Source: Candidatus Woesearchaeota archaeon (lineage in GTDB: Archaea > Nanobdellota > Nanobdellia > Pacearchaeales > GW2011-AR1). Taken from it: a stretch of DNA of 64,000 bases. The first letter of the stretch is position 1. Each line of letters opens with the position of its first letter. A program made the translations under genes and the position numbers. Shown piece after piece: positions 38,047 through 48,100 of this stretch. The notes below the pieces were generated by a model. It was not told the DNA's origin and searched no databases. It was given only the letters and a program-made list of their open reading frames with translations. The stretch covers positions 2,028 through 66,027 of the forward strand of contig CAZOCP010000001.1 of the NCBI GenBank assembly GCA_964578345.1. Direction: 5' to 3'.

Positions 38047-39096
38047 TTAAGCAAATGCTTCCCTTGCTTTAAAGGGGCTTATATCAGGGGAATTAGGACA
38101 TAACCAAAAATTTTTATTTTCTTCCAAAACTTTAATACTGCTATCCAGCTTTGTCTGCATAATATTATCCATTAAAGGAAAAAGAACATTCAAATTATTG
38201 TGATATCTGCAATGATGTAAGAAATGGTGATTATCCAAGCTTCTAAAAACTTTAGAATTGCGCAAATACCTCTGAATTGTTCTATTAGTCCCATAATATA
38301 TTCTTTCCTTAAAAGTCGCCAAATCTTCTCTATAATTTATCTCTCTTTCAAGTAAAACGTCCCTTGTTGCACTTAACAATTTTTCCACATCTTCTGAATG
38401 TACATCAACGTAAGCAAGAGGAAGTTTCTTTATTGCTTTGCGTTCAGTGTTATATCTTATTTGTTCTGCAAATCGTTGAACAAGCGAATAAGGGTATAAA
38501 AAATTACTTCTAAATTGTCTATTAAAATTGGAGTCTATATCTCTTTCAATTAAATTGCAGATATCATCTAAAAGAGGCTTTGATAAACGCAAATTTCCAT
38601 CGCGATTTTCTGTTCCTCCTTGTATTTTATCTCCAATTACTCTGTTCACGGTCAATCTTCTCTCGCCAATTACGTGCATAAAATGATGAACAAATTCATA
38701 ACCACCGTAATAAGCCATTGTCCCTCCAACAAAACCAGATAAAAACAAAGCATCACCAATACCAAAATAAGCATTCTCATTGAGAGATAAAAAAACTCCA
38801 TCAATGGCACCTCCAACAATAGCTGCGGCGCCGGCAATAAGCCCAACATCGCCCTTGGCAAAATGAATAACTTGATTTTCATTAGTTATATCTCTATAGT
38901 AATGTGCAGGTCCATTATATGCTCTATGATGAATATCATTATGTCCTCTAGACGCATTCTCAATAAATTTAACTTTTTTTCTTAAGCTGGAAGGAGCATG
39001 AAGAATATTCTTATGAACCATCCATTCAAGAGGGGAACAAACTGAAAGGCTCAAAGCACCTCCAGCAAAGAAATAACCAATAAAATCAAAGACCAT
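38047..39096 (-). CDS. fatty-acid-hydroxylase-superfamily (His-box di-iron) membrane protein
   Basis: Histidine boxes HKNILH, HNDIHH and HHFLHH in a membrane context. Confidence 0.4.
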   Translation of the reverse strand: MVFDFIGYFFAGGALSLSVCSPLEWMVHKNILHAPSSLRKKVKFIENASRGHNDIHHRAYNGPAHYYRDITNENQVIHFAKGDVGLIAGAAAIVGGAIDGVFLSLNENAYFGIGDALFLSGFVGGTMAYYGGYEFVHHFMHVIGERRLTVNRVIGDKIQGGTENRDGNLRLSKPLLDDICNLIERDIDSNFNRQFRSNFLYPYSLVQRFAEQIRYNTERKAIKKLPLAYVDVHSEDVEKLLSATRDVLLEREINYREDLATFKERIYYGTNRTIQRYLRNSKVFRSLDNHHFLHHCRYHNNLNVLFPLMDNIMQTKLDSSIKVLEENKNFWLCPNSPDISPFKAREAFA

Positions 39097-39347
39097 ACTA
39101 GTTATTCTGAAGCGAGGTTAAATATCTTAGCTTTAAAGTGGAGTGTTGCATGATTATTTTTTTGTCGTCGATTGTAGAAAAGCTCGTTTAAAGTCTTATC
39201 GTCGAGAATTGTTTGAATCATGCAACACAGCTCTTTAAGGTAACACCCAGACATTAGTTAGTCCTTAGATAAATGCCCTGATCATTCTTTAGCATTATTG
39301 CACTTTATTTATTAAAAGATTAAAAAGACTAATTTGTATATAATCTT

Positions 39348-40562
39348 ATGAAGATAATCGCAGACTTGCAAATACATTCTAGATTCGCGAGAGCGACAAG
39401 CAAGAATATAACTCTTGACAATTTGGAGAAATATGCAAGGATAAAGGGTGTTGATTTACTAGGAACGGGGGATTTTCAGCATCCTTTATGGAATAAAGAA
39501 ATTAAAGAGAATTTAAAAGAGGACGATAAAGGAATTTTATGGAGTAAAACCGGATTTCCTTTTCTTTGGCAAACAGAGATAAGTTTGATGTTTTCTCAGG
39601 GCGAGAAAAAAAGGGCAGTGCACTTGCTGGTTTTCGCTCCTAATAAAACAATTGCAGATAAAATTATTAATTATCTAAGTAGTAAAGGAAGAATTGATTA
39701 TGATGGCCGGCCGATTTTTGGTATCTCTTGCAAGCAATTTGTGCGCGATCTGAAAGAAATTGAAGATAGAATTGAAATTATTCCCGCACACGCTTTCACG
39801 CCGTGGTTTGGCTTATATGGAAGCGACAGCGGATTTGATTCTCTGCAGGAATGTTTTGAAGAAGAAGCAAAGCATATTTATGCTATTGAATCGGGAATGA
39901 GCGCAGACCCGCCCATGATTTGGCGTTTAAAGGAAAAAGTAAATATTGTTAGTTTTAGCGATGCACATAGTTTTTGGCCTTGGAGATTAGGGAGAGAAGC
40001 AACAATTTTTGAAATTTCAGAAATTTCATATGAAAATATTATTAAAGCAATTAGGATTGGAGATGGAATTGTTGGAACTATTGAAACCCCCCCAAAATAT
40101 GGAAAATATCATTGGGATGGGCATAGAAACTGCAATTTTTCTTGTTCCCCTTTAGAAACTAAAAAATTTAATGGAAAATGCCCTACATGTGGAAATACGC
40201 TGACAATCGGAGTGGAAAATAGAATAGATGCAATTGCAAAGGAAAAAGAGGGATATAAGCCATCCAACGCCATACATTTTTATTCTTTACTGCCTCTGCA
40301 TGAGCTTATAGCATCAGCATATAGTACTTCTATAACATCTAAACTATGCTGGAAAATATATAATGAAATTATTTTAAGTCTAGGCAATGAATTTACAGCG
40401 CTTCTTGAAGCGAAAAAAGAAAAACTATTTTCTCTTAAATTAAGCAACTTGCTTATTGAAATTATTCTTCTTAGCCGAAGAGGAAAGTTAGCGGTTAATC
40501 CAGGATTTGATGGAGAATATGGAACCATTAAGCTACCTGAACAACAGGTAAAACTTTTTTGA
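39348..40562 (+). CDS. PHP-domain nuclease, EndoQ-like (TIGR00375-type)
   Basis: N-terminal PHP signature IADLQIHSRFARATS...GTGDF and a C-terminal CxxC zinc finger CPTCGNTLTIG. Confidence 0.45.
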   Translation: MKIIADLQIHSRFARATSKNITLDNLEKYARIKGVDLLGTGDFQHPLWNKEIKENLKEDDKGILWSKTGFPFLWQTEISLMFSQGEKKRAVHLLVFAPNKTIADKIINYLSSKGRIDYDGRPIFGISCKQFVRDLKEIEDRIEIIPAHAFTPWFGLYGSDSGFDSLQECFEEEAKHIYAIESGMSADPPMIWRLKEKVNIVSFSDAHSFWPWRLGREATIFEISEISYENIIKAIRIGDGIVGTIETPPKYGKYHWDGHRNCNFSCSPLETKKFNGKCPTCGNTLTIGVENRIDAIAKEKEGYKPSNAIHFYSLLPLHELIASAYSTSITSKLCWKIYNEIILSLGNEFTALLEAKKEKLFSLKLSNLLIEIILLSRRGKLAVNPGFDGEYGTIKLPEQQVKLF

Positions 40563-40671
40563 TTTTTATAAATTTATAATGCGCGTCTTTTGTTAAACTA
40601 TTGCAGTTAGGGCATTTATCCTCGAGCGTATAAATTGCAGGAAAGTGAAAAAGGCATTTGCGGAGCTTCAT
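40528..40671 (-). CDS. nop10: H/ACA RNP protein Nop10 (47 aa; absent from the ORF track)
   Basis: Hand-translated as MKLRKCLFHFPAIYTLEDKCPNCNSLTKDAHYKFIKIKKVLPVVQVA, matching the Nop10 pattern M.R.C...YTL.E.CP.C...T..AH. Its start overlaps the aIF2-alpha stop (ATGA), as in the conserved archaeal operon. Confidence 0.6.
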   Translation of the reverse strand: MKLRKCLFHFPAIYTLEDKCPNCNSLTKDAHYKFIKIKKVLPVVQVA

Positions 40672-41366
40672 TTTTCTTTAATTTCAAAGAGAATTTTTTT
40701 CTCCTTTGCTCTTTTTTCTATTGTTTGAAGAGCGAGATCTATTTTATTATTGGCTTCTTTAAACTCTTTTGCAGACATGGTTATTGAAAATCGGGACGAT
40801 CCTAAGTAGCGGATATCTTCACTCGATGATGCAAGTATTTCTTTTATTTCCAAGACTCCTTCATTAGACATAGATTTTAAAATGAATATCTTTTTCGCCT
40901 GTTTTTCCTTTTCTTTTTTTTCAGAGAGCATCTGCGCAATTTTTTTTGCTTCATTTTTTTTCATAAATTGCTCGAGAAGCGAGCTATTATCTCTCGCCAT
41001 CTCTATAAAAATTGAGATATCATATTTCTTTTTTATTTCCTCAATTATTATATCTGGGAGTTCTATTTCTGTTTTCAGCAGGCTGGTAAAATTTTTTTCT
41101 TTTCTATATCTTTCTTCAGAATCTTTTTTTTCTTTAGCAGTAACTCTTCTTAGGCTTAGCTGGGGATTTCCTCCAACAATCTTCATAACTTTGCATACTA
41201 TTTTTTTATTTGGGGCCACGTATTCTCTTAGATTTCTTATTCTTCCTGCTGCAACTTCAGACATCTGTATACTGCCTTCGCCATTTCCTTCTATCCCTAC
41301 AAAAACAGCAGTTCCTTCAATTTTTTTGACTGTACACATTACAATGTCTTCTTCTTTTAGCTCCAT
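40668..41366 (-). CDS. eif2a: translation initiation factor 2 alpha subunit (aIF2-alpha)
   Basis: S1 domain VGIEGNGEGSIQMSEVAAGRIRNLREYV...KVMKIVGGNPQLSLRRV; start set at the internal MELKEED so the overlap with rps27e is only 10 nt. Confidence 0.7.
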   Translation of the reverse strand: MELKEEDIVMCTVKKIEGTAVFVGIEGNGEGSIQMSEVAAGRIRNLREYVAPNKKIVCKVMKIVGGNPQLSLRRVTAKEKKDSEERYRKEKNFTSLLKTEIELPDIIIEEIKKKYDISIFIEMARDNSSLLEQFMKKNEAKKIAQMLSEKKEKEKQAKKIFILKSMSNEGVLEIKEILASSSEDIRYLGSSRFSITMSAKEFKEANNKIDLALQTIEKRAKEKKILFEIKEK

Positions 41367-41539
41367 AAAACCTCCTTTACAAGCGCTCTGACTTTTGCTT
41401 TTCCCCCTTGAGTTTTTAACAGTAAATAATTGCACTGCCGGCATTTTACCTTAAGAGATGCGTTGCCAAATGTTATCTGTTTTCTTGAACATCTTGGGCA
41501 AACCAACTTCAAAAATTTGCTAGTTATCTTTTTGTCCAT
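41357..41539 (-). CDS. rps27e: ribosomal protein S27e
   Basis: C4 zinc ribbon VCPRCSRKQITFGNASLKVKCRQCNYLLLKTQGGKAKV, typical S27e. Confidence 0.85.
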   Translation of the reverse strand: MDKKITSKFLKLVCPRCSRKQITFGNASLKVKCRQCNYLLLKTQGGKAKVRALVKEVLWS

Positions 41540-41569
41540 TAAAAATACTGCTTATCTTATCTTTTAAAC

Positions 41570-41830
41570 TTTTACTATCAAAAAAACGATGTGCCACCTC
41601 GCCTTAAAGGGCGAGGTTTGTGATAGGCACTCGTTTCATCAAGGACGAAGTCCTTGAGTGTCATCGAGAATCGGAGATTCTCGAGATTTGGATGCTCAGG
41701 AATGCAGCGCCCTAAGGGGCGCGGTTTTCACCGCATTCCTGACATGAATAACTACATGGTTTAGATAACTTGATTTTGGCAGTTATCCATTAGAGAACTG
41801 CGTGCAAATGTCATGCAACTAAGGCAGTTC
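41570..41830 (-). ncRNA. hairpin-dense structured element (copy A of a repeated motif), ending on the minus strand with a hairpin plus T7 run; possible small structured RNA or long 3' UTR
   Basis: Four or more perfect 7-10-bp stems (TCGAGAATC/GATTCTCGA, CAAGGAC/GTCCTTG, CCTCGCC/GGCGAGG, AGAGAACTGC/GCAGTTCTCT), a conserved box TGAAACGAGTGCCTATCACAAACC and a T7 tract. Confidence 0.3.
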
Positions 41831-41831
41831 T

Positions 41832-43139
41832 CTATAATCCCTGTTCTAGAACTTTCTGTAGCTCTACAATAAACTGTGTTTCGCATTTTTTAGATATCAA
41901 GCATCCCGCAGCATTTTGATGCCCGCCGACTTCCCCGCCCAGCTGCACTACGACTTGATTAAGAATCTCTCGGACATTTCTTCCTTCTTTACCAACAATT
42001 CTAGCAGAAACTTTTATCTTATCTTCATTGTACGCTAAAGCGACTATTATCGTTCCTTCTGCATATTTAGGGGAATGCGACATAATTGATGCAACAGTGC
42101 CGATTATAGTGTCTTTGATATAATCTTTTGCATTAATTATAGCATAGTTTTTTCCTAGAATTTTTTCAGCTTCAGTTACATGCTTGAGTGCGGCAACTAA
42201 ATTTTGTTTGTATTCTATATATATCCTTTCAGCTTCATCTTTGCATTTTTTATTGCCTAAACAGAATCCTAAAGCTACTCTTGGGTGTTCCATTCTACTG
42301 CAAGCGTTTATGAGAGCTGAAAATTCTCTCGCGTCTTCCTGCCTGTTAAAGGCTTTTATTAGGTAAAGATTCCCTATTAAGTCATGATGGTTTTTTTCAC
42401 CCATGCTTCTCAGCATTACTGCCGTGCTTAAGTTTGTCATTTCTTCTTCTGTAAGCTCAGCGAGAGTTTTATACTTTCCATCTGTTTTCTGTATATTTGC
42501 TTCCCTCAAAAGTTCAAGAACTCCGCGATAAGACCCCGTAACTCCTGGAATGAAAGTATTTGTCGAATATTCAAGCGCCTTGTCTAATGAACGTGAGGAG
42601 GGATATATTAACAGGCCTTTTTTAATAATTGTTTCAGCATCTTTAAGTATTTCATCGTAAATTTTGTTTATATTTTTTTCCAGTGAATCCCCGACCATTC
42701 CTATAACTGCCAGATAGGCAAGGTCCTTGTTCTGTTCAGAAAGAGATTTTGCGAATAAGTATGATATAGCCGAGCCTGAAATCTGTTCGTGTTTTTCCAA
42801 ATGAGGGTTAATCATCATTACATTAGCAGGAATATCTTGAATAATTTCATGATGATCAAAAACAAATATTTCTGTTTTTTTGTCTTTTAAATAACTCAGG
42901 CTTCCAGATGCCAAATCCAGGAAAATTAAGCAATGGTTTTCAGGCAGCTCTTTTAATAGTTCTTCGTCCAATCCCTTTACTATACGAAGATGAAATTTCT
43001 TGTTTTGTCTTTGTAATGCTCTTGCAAATATTGCTGCCGCAGTAATCCCATCCGTATCGTGATGGCTGATTATTGTCAACGGCTTCAGCTTGCTTGCTTC
43101 GCTGATTCTCTCTATTGCTTTTTTTATTATTTCGCGCAT
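41832..43139 (-). CDS. DHH/DHHA1 phosphoesterase, archaeal RecJ/Cdc45-like (GAN-type)
   Basis: DHH motifs ISHHDTDGI and VFDHH, DHHA1 GGGH motif (GGEVGGHQNAAG); lies adjacent to rps15 as in many archaea. Confidence 0.65.
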   Translation of the reverse strand: MREIIKKAIERISEASKLKPLTIISHHDTDGITAAAIFARALQRQNKKFHLRIVKGLDEELLKELPENHCLIFLDLASGSLSYLKDKKTEIFVFDHHEIIQDIPANVMMINPHLEKHEQISGSAISYLFAKSLSEQNKDLAYLAVIGMVGDSLEKNINKIYDEILKDAETIIKKGLLIYPSSRSLDKALEYSTNTFIPGVTGSYRGVLELLREANIQKTDGKYKTLAELTEEEMTNLSTAVMLRSMGEKNHHDLIGNLYLIKAFNRQEDAREFSALINACSRMEHPRVALGFCLGNKKCKDEAERIYIEYKQNLVAALKHVTEAEKILGKNYAIINAKDYIKDTIIGTVASIMSHSPKYAEGTIIVALAYNEDKIKVSARIVGKEGRNVREILNQVVVQLGGEVGGHQNAAGCLISKKCETQFIVELQKVLEQGL

Positions 43140-43147
43140 CCTCTTTT

Positions 43148-43474
43148 TTATTGACTAAGACTATGAATTACCCACTGTTTTTTATTCAAAGATCTTTTTG
43201 CAGGATAATCATGTTTATTCAGTTTAATATGCTTTTCCAGCTTTTCTATCTTACCCTGGACGCCTTTTTTCTCCGGAACGATTTCTTCTTTTGCTTCTTT
43301 AATAATTTTACTTATTCTTTTTCCTATTAATTTTTTAGTTTTTGGAATGCCGTATTTGTCTCTTAATATCAACCCTATTTTCTCAGGAGTATTGCTTTTC
43401 TTATGAAGTTCTATTATTAGACTTTCTATTTCTTTCGGTTTTTTATCGCTCCATTCTATCTTGCTTTCTACCAT
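43148..43474 (-). CDS. rps15: ribosomal protein uS15 (S15P/S13e), short form
   Basis: PKEIESLIIELHKKSNTPEKIGLILRDKYGIPKTKKLIGKRISKI...KHDYPAKRSL matches the uS15 core; it lacks the usual basic N-terminus and the last 10 or so residues. Confidence 0.7.
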   Translation of the reverse strand: MVESKIEWSDKKPKEIESLIIELHKKSNTPEKIGLILRDKYGIPKTKKLIGKRISKIIKEAKEEIVPEKKGVQGKIEKLEKHIKLNKHDYPAKRSLNKKQWVIHSLSQ

Positions 43475-43639
43475 ATATTTTTGCAGTATAGATGTCTTAA
43501 AAAGCTTGTGGTTTTTTGAAGCGAGGATTCGGAAGCTTTAAAAAGCTTTTTTGCTGAGCCATATTGCTTGAATCTAAGCACAGACCCATCACTTTACTGG
43601 TCGGATATGGTGGCGAGCTTGAATTTTGACCTCAATATA

Positions 43640-43969
43640 ATGAAGTTACCAAAGGAAACTAGAAGATACTGTCCCTATTGCAGAAAACATACTGAACAGA
43701 CAATTACAACTGCGAAACAGAAATCAAGATCTGCAGCTCATCCATTATCTAGAGGTTCGACTCCTCGTCTACAATCTAGAGGATTAAGAGTTGGTTATGG
43801 AAATCAAGGACGCTATTCAAGAAAGAGTCCTAAAGACTGGAAGCGCAAGACTAAAGTTACTAAAAGAATTGGTATTGTTTACAAATGCAAAACATGCGGA
43901 AAAATCAAAGGAATTAGAAAAGCCATACGCAGTTCAAGAATTGAAATAGGAGAAAAAGTATCAAAGTAA
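43640..43969 (+). CDS. rpl44e: ribosomal protein L44e (eL42)
   Basis: Start set at the internal MKLPKETRRYCPYCRKHTEQ...YKCKTCGK; C4 zinc motif and basic composition typical of L44e. Confidence 0.75.
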   Translation: MKLPKETRRYCPYCRKHTEQTITTAKQKSRSAAHPLSRGSTPRLQSRGLRVGYGNQGRYSRKSPKDWKRKTKVTKRIGIVYKCKTCGKIKGIRKAIRSSRIEIGEKVSK

Positions 43970-43970
43970 A

Positions 43971-44546
43971 ATGGTAGAGTCCAAGAAAATCCAGAAGAAA
44001 GCATTCTACGAAGTTAAAGCTCCATTAACTGCCGCGAAGATTTATTTATACGGTTCATCTCCTGCTTCTTTAAGCGAAAGAGTTGTTAAATTAGACTTAA
44101 CTCGTAGTTTGAGAGGCAAGAGCTTTGTTCTTTGTCTTAAGACAAAACTGGCTGGCGAAAATCTTGAGGCAGAACCTTTAAGTCTTGAAATTGCGGGCTC
44201 TTATATAAGAAGAATGATGCATAAGGGAGCAGATTATGTCGAAGATTCTTTTTCTGCAGATTGCAGGGATTCTTCAGTTATTGTCAAGCCTTTTTTAATT
44301 ACGCGCAAAAAAGTCTCGCGCATTGTACGCAATGCTTTAAGAACTGCTGCACGAAAACATTTAGAAGCATATTTAAAAACAAGAACAACATTGGACGTTT
44401 TTACTGAAATAACCTCAAATAAAACTCAAAGGGAGCTTTCTCTTAAATTAAAGAAAATTTATCCTTTGTCTTTCTGTGAAATAAGAGTGTTTAAGAAAAT
44501 TTTTAATACGGGAGAACAAACTGCGGCCGTCAAAAATCTTTTATGA
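43971..44546 (+). CDS. rps3ae: ribosomal protein S3Ae (eS1)
   Basis: C-terminal LKKIYPLSFCEIRVFKKI and the overall pattern match S3Ae. Confidence 0.8.
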   Translation: MVESKKIQKKAFYEVKAPLTAAKIYLYGSSPASLSERVVKLDLTRSLRGKSFVLCLKTKLAGENLEAEPLSLEIAGSYIRRMMHKGADYVEDSFSADCRDSSVIVKPFLITRKKVSRIVRNALRTAARKHLEAYLKTRTTLDVFTEITSNKTQRELSLKLKKIYPLSFCEIRVFKKIFNTGEQTAAVKNLL

Positions 44547-44821
44547 ACACTATTTTTATTTTGAGCATCTTCGTGAGCATTTTTTCACTGGCACTTGTAC
44601 TTGTCGGCATACCGGCACAAATTGTAAAAAATTATCGGGAGAAGCGCTCAGGTCAACCACTTCTGACCATATTGATTGCCCTCGGATTTTACGCCTCACA
44701 GATTGCCTTTTTCATTTTTACTAATGCATACCTTCCTCTTATTTCTTTCGCAGTCGGAATTATTATATGGGGTGTTGTGTTAGTTCAGTATTTTCTTTAC
44801 CATAAAAATCTTAGGCAATGA
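44543..44821 (+). CDS. small two/three-TM membrane protein (PQ-loop/LAB_N-like)
   Basis: 92 aa; IPAQIVKNYREKRSGQ loop between TM helices resembles the PQ-loop motif. Confidence 0.3.
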   Translation: MNTIFILSIFVSIFSLALVLVGIPAQIVKNYREKRSGQPLLTILIALGFYASQIAFFIFTNAYLPLISFAVGIIIWGVVLVQYFLYHKNLRQ

Positions 44822-44845
44822 GTTTATAAAAGAATTTTGATGCGC

Positions 44846-44873
44846 TCAGGAATCTTCGATTCCTGACGTTTTG
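44846..44873 (+). terminator. intrinsic-type terminator hairpin plus T tract
   Basis: TCAGGAATC-TTC-GATTCCTGA 9-bp stem followed by CGTTTTG, immediately after the stop of 44543..44821. Confidence 0.4.
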
Positions 44874-44904
44874 ATAAAAAATAGATAATTTATTTTTTGC
44901 AAGA

Positions 44905-44977
44905 TAGCCCTGCCCGGATTCGAACCGGGGTCGCGGGCGCCAAAGGCCCGCATCCTTGACCGCTAGACTACAGGGCT
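44905..44977 (-). tRNA. tRNA-Gln (anticodon TTG)
   Basis: Hand-folded. Acceptor AGCCCTG/CAGGGCT (perfect), U8, D arm with GG, anticodon stem CGGGC/GCCCG with loop CTTTGGC, T arm CCCGG-TTCGAAT-CCGGG, discriminator A. Confidence 0.8.
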
Positions 44978-45192
44978 TCTATTTACTTAGGCAAATAAAT
45001 CTTTATAAGGATTTGTTTTTACCATTTTCATATTAGATTAATCCTCTTTTCTATAATCTTATTAATCATATTATCAGGAACTCTATAAACGTTGATGAAA
45101 ATACAATTAAGATAGAAGAGTATTATACTCTATTTAAGTAAAAAGACTTTAAAAATCTTTTTTGCTACTCATAACTCTAAATCAAGAGGTAA

Positions 45193-48100
45193 TCAAAACC
45201 ATTTGCCAAGAACCTCCTGTCTCTCTTTCTCCCTTCCAAATATACTCTGAATATATTTTTGAGTCAGCTCAAGACTCTCAAGCAAGTACGGACTAACTTT
45301 ATATTTTTTAGCCAAGTCAAGAGCTGGAAGCAAATATTTTAAAATACTTCCTTCTGAAACAGTAAAAATAAGCTTTCCTCCGCATCTTGTACATTTCCCC
45401 GTTAAAGGGGGTCTTCTAAATTTTTCATTGCAACCAACACATCTAAAAACTTGCTGTGAAAATTTTCTAAGATTTCCTCGTATATCTCTAATAAAATGCC
45501 TTTCAATTATCAATCTCGAAACATCCCTTACATCTACTGCCCTCAACTTACCGCATAAGTTCATCATAGAATCAACTTTGTCCTGCATGGCGGGCAAAGT
45601 CTTGTAAACTGAACATAATGGCCCAGCATTAATATTTGAAGTATCATAAGAAAACCATAATTCTTCAAACTCTTTATTTGTTCCGAGTCTGCCTCTTACT
45701 TGCTCCATTTTAATTTCAAAAGGAGAAGAATGTCTTTCGGCAGCTTCATAAAGAGCCAAAGGAATTTTTTTTGAAACATCAACATCAAATATCATATCAT
45801 CAACCTCATTCGCTCGAATTCTCATATTTAAAACAAGTGGGGCGTCTTGAGTGCCTCCTCTATGCGAAGGCAAAAACTTGCGTGAAAAATTTAATAATAA
45901 ATCCATTAAAAGCATTACTGCTGCTTCATCTCCATCGCAATCTCTCCTCATTGCGGCATGAATATAAGGAGAAGCTAATAAAGCCTGTGTTTGTGAAAAC
46001 CCTATTAACCTGCCTGCTACCGCGGCAGAAGTATGTGGAGACATACAAGCAAACAAACAGCCTACCAAGTCTTCTCGTTTAGAAGCGTTAAAAAACCTAT
46101 TCAGATTATATAGTTTTTCTAACTCATCATCAATAAACCTGGCGACTGATAAAAAAACAGCGTCTGCTCTTTCATCTGGAGTAACAGGACAAGATGGTAA
46201 GATAATATCGTGAGGGTAAATCTCCAATATCTGATCGTCTCTCTCAAGCTCCTTTCCATAAATATCAGAAGTATAGCCCATGTTCTTCAGCTTTGAAATG
46301 CTCGTCCCAATCTCACAGGGTTTAAAATGAGTCAGGGGCATCTCAGTCATATCGTATCTGATTGTTCCATCTTTGTTTACATTAAGATTGTGTTTTGCTC
46401 TGAGTAACCCTTTAGATAAATGCTCGCAATTATGGTCTTTGTTGCTGGTTCCTCTAACTCCTTTAACAATAAAGCTTATTTCCTCTTCTCTAAGTCCAAT
46501 TTTCTTTCTAGCTGAAGTGTAGTATGAAAAGACATCAATGTGGTTATTGTGATATGATTTCGAAAATCCATGTTCTTTGCACGTTTCAAATGAAAAAGAA
46601 TCGCATGAAGAACAGTAGTATCTCAATATGCATTCTTGTCTGCACTTCTCGCAAAAAGGATAAACTGAATCAATTGAGCAGTTTCTGCAGAAATACAGGG
46701 GAAACTCTGCCTTAACTCCTCCTTCCTCTATAGCAGACAAAAGGCTTCTCATTCTTCCTCCTTCCTCTCCTACAGGAAAAAGAACATGCGGACTTCCTAC
46801 AAGCTTGCGCAATTTAGCTTTCTCTGGTCTGCCCATTCTCGCGCCTATAAATGTGCCTGATTTATCTTTTATTTTAACAGGACAAAGTTCATTAATAATA
46901 TCTAATACCGGCTTATTGGATATTCTAACAGAAATGGTATCTATGTTTTTTTCTAATAAAGAATAATCAAGAATACCTAAATTAAACAGTAGCGCTTTGG
47001 TATTTTTTTCAGAAAGAACAACATTCTCAATGCTCAGGCTATGCTCACACCCTATAATTTCAAGTGCCCTTTTTCCTTTAGAAAATCTCTCTTTATCTTG
47101 GCGCGTAAAGGGTAGCACAAGACTCTTTTCTCTAACTTCTCCATGTGCAATCCAGTCTAATAAAGCAAGAAAATCTTCATAAGAAATTTCCCTCCAATAG
47201 TAAATAAAAGAAGGGTGAAGAGGAACTTTATATTTTTCTGACATAATCAGAGCATCAGAAAAAACAGGAAACATTTCACTATTCCCTCCTGCAGCCATTA
47301 GCTCTTCCAGCCAATACTGCTCAATATAGCCTGCCTCCTCTAACGGATGATTCCTATTTAAAAAATCTCCATAAGGAACTAGCAAATCTCCCAAATAAAT
47401 AATCTCAATAATCTGTGGGTATATCTTCAAAGTCTCGTTATGGTCTTTAAGAATTCTAACGGCCCCGTCTAATAATTTAACTATCGGACCGTCTATGTTA
47501 TCACAGATTGCGATTGTACATCCTTTTGTAGGTTTCTCGATTTTCAACTGTGTCCCGACTGCAATAAACCCTTGGGTAACCGCCATTGTCGCAGGATGAA
47601 GCGCAAGAGTAGAGTATCCTGTATTTCGGCATCTGCCATACCTCAAACGAAAAGCTCCAGACCTAGAAGGGTGCGCAAAAACCGGCCTTCCGGCAACTAA
47701 ATCTTGAATGTATGTGGCTCCAGAACGCTGGCCTCCTGCCTCCCTCTCTTTAATTTTCTTTTGTAGTTTAACAAACTCTTCCAGCCAATCCCACCCGGAT
47801 AAATTAAATCCTTTTTGTTTTAATTTTATTATTCTCCCTAAAACCTTCGGCGCCTTCTGTGCAAGGCCTTCTCCAATAACTAAAGCAAATCCGCTCCTAA
47901 TAAAATTAGTCTCTATTCGCGGAAGATCTTTATAATTATAAACTTCTTTGTCCTCGCTAGGGTCTCCGGTTAATTGAACAGGCAAATTTTGCATAAGAAA
48001 CTCCAGTTCTTTTTCAGAAGGAAGATACTGTAAATTTGTAATGCGCTCGTGGTATTCATAGCACTCGTGAATTCCTCGTTTGATTTCGTCATCTGTGGGG

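Noticed and set aside
41570-41830. Identification of the hairpin-dense element as SRP RNA or RNase P RNA, or as a hidden rpl44e gene
   Set aside because: No match to the SRP helix-8 consensus (GGUCAGGUCCGGAAGGAAGCAGCC-like) or to RNase P CR-I through CR-V. A six-frame check found no zinc-ribbon ORF here. It is kept only as an uncharacterised structured element.
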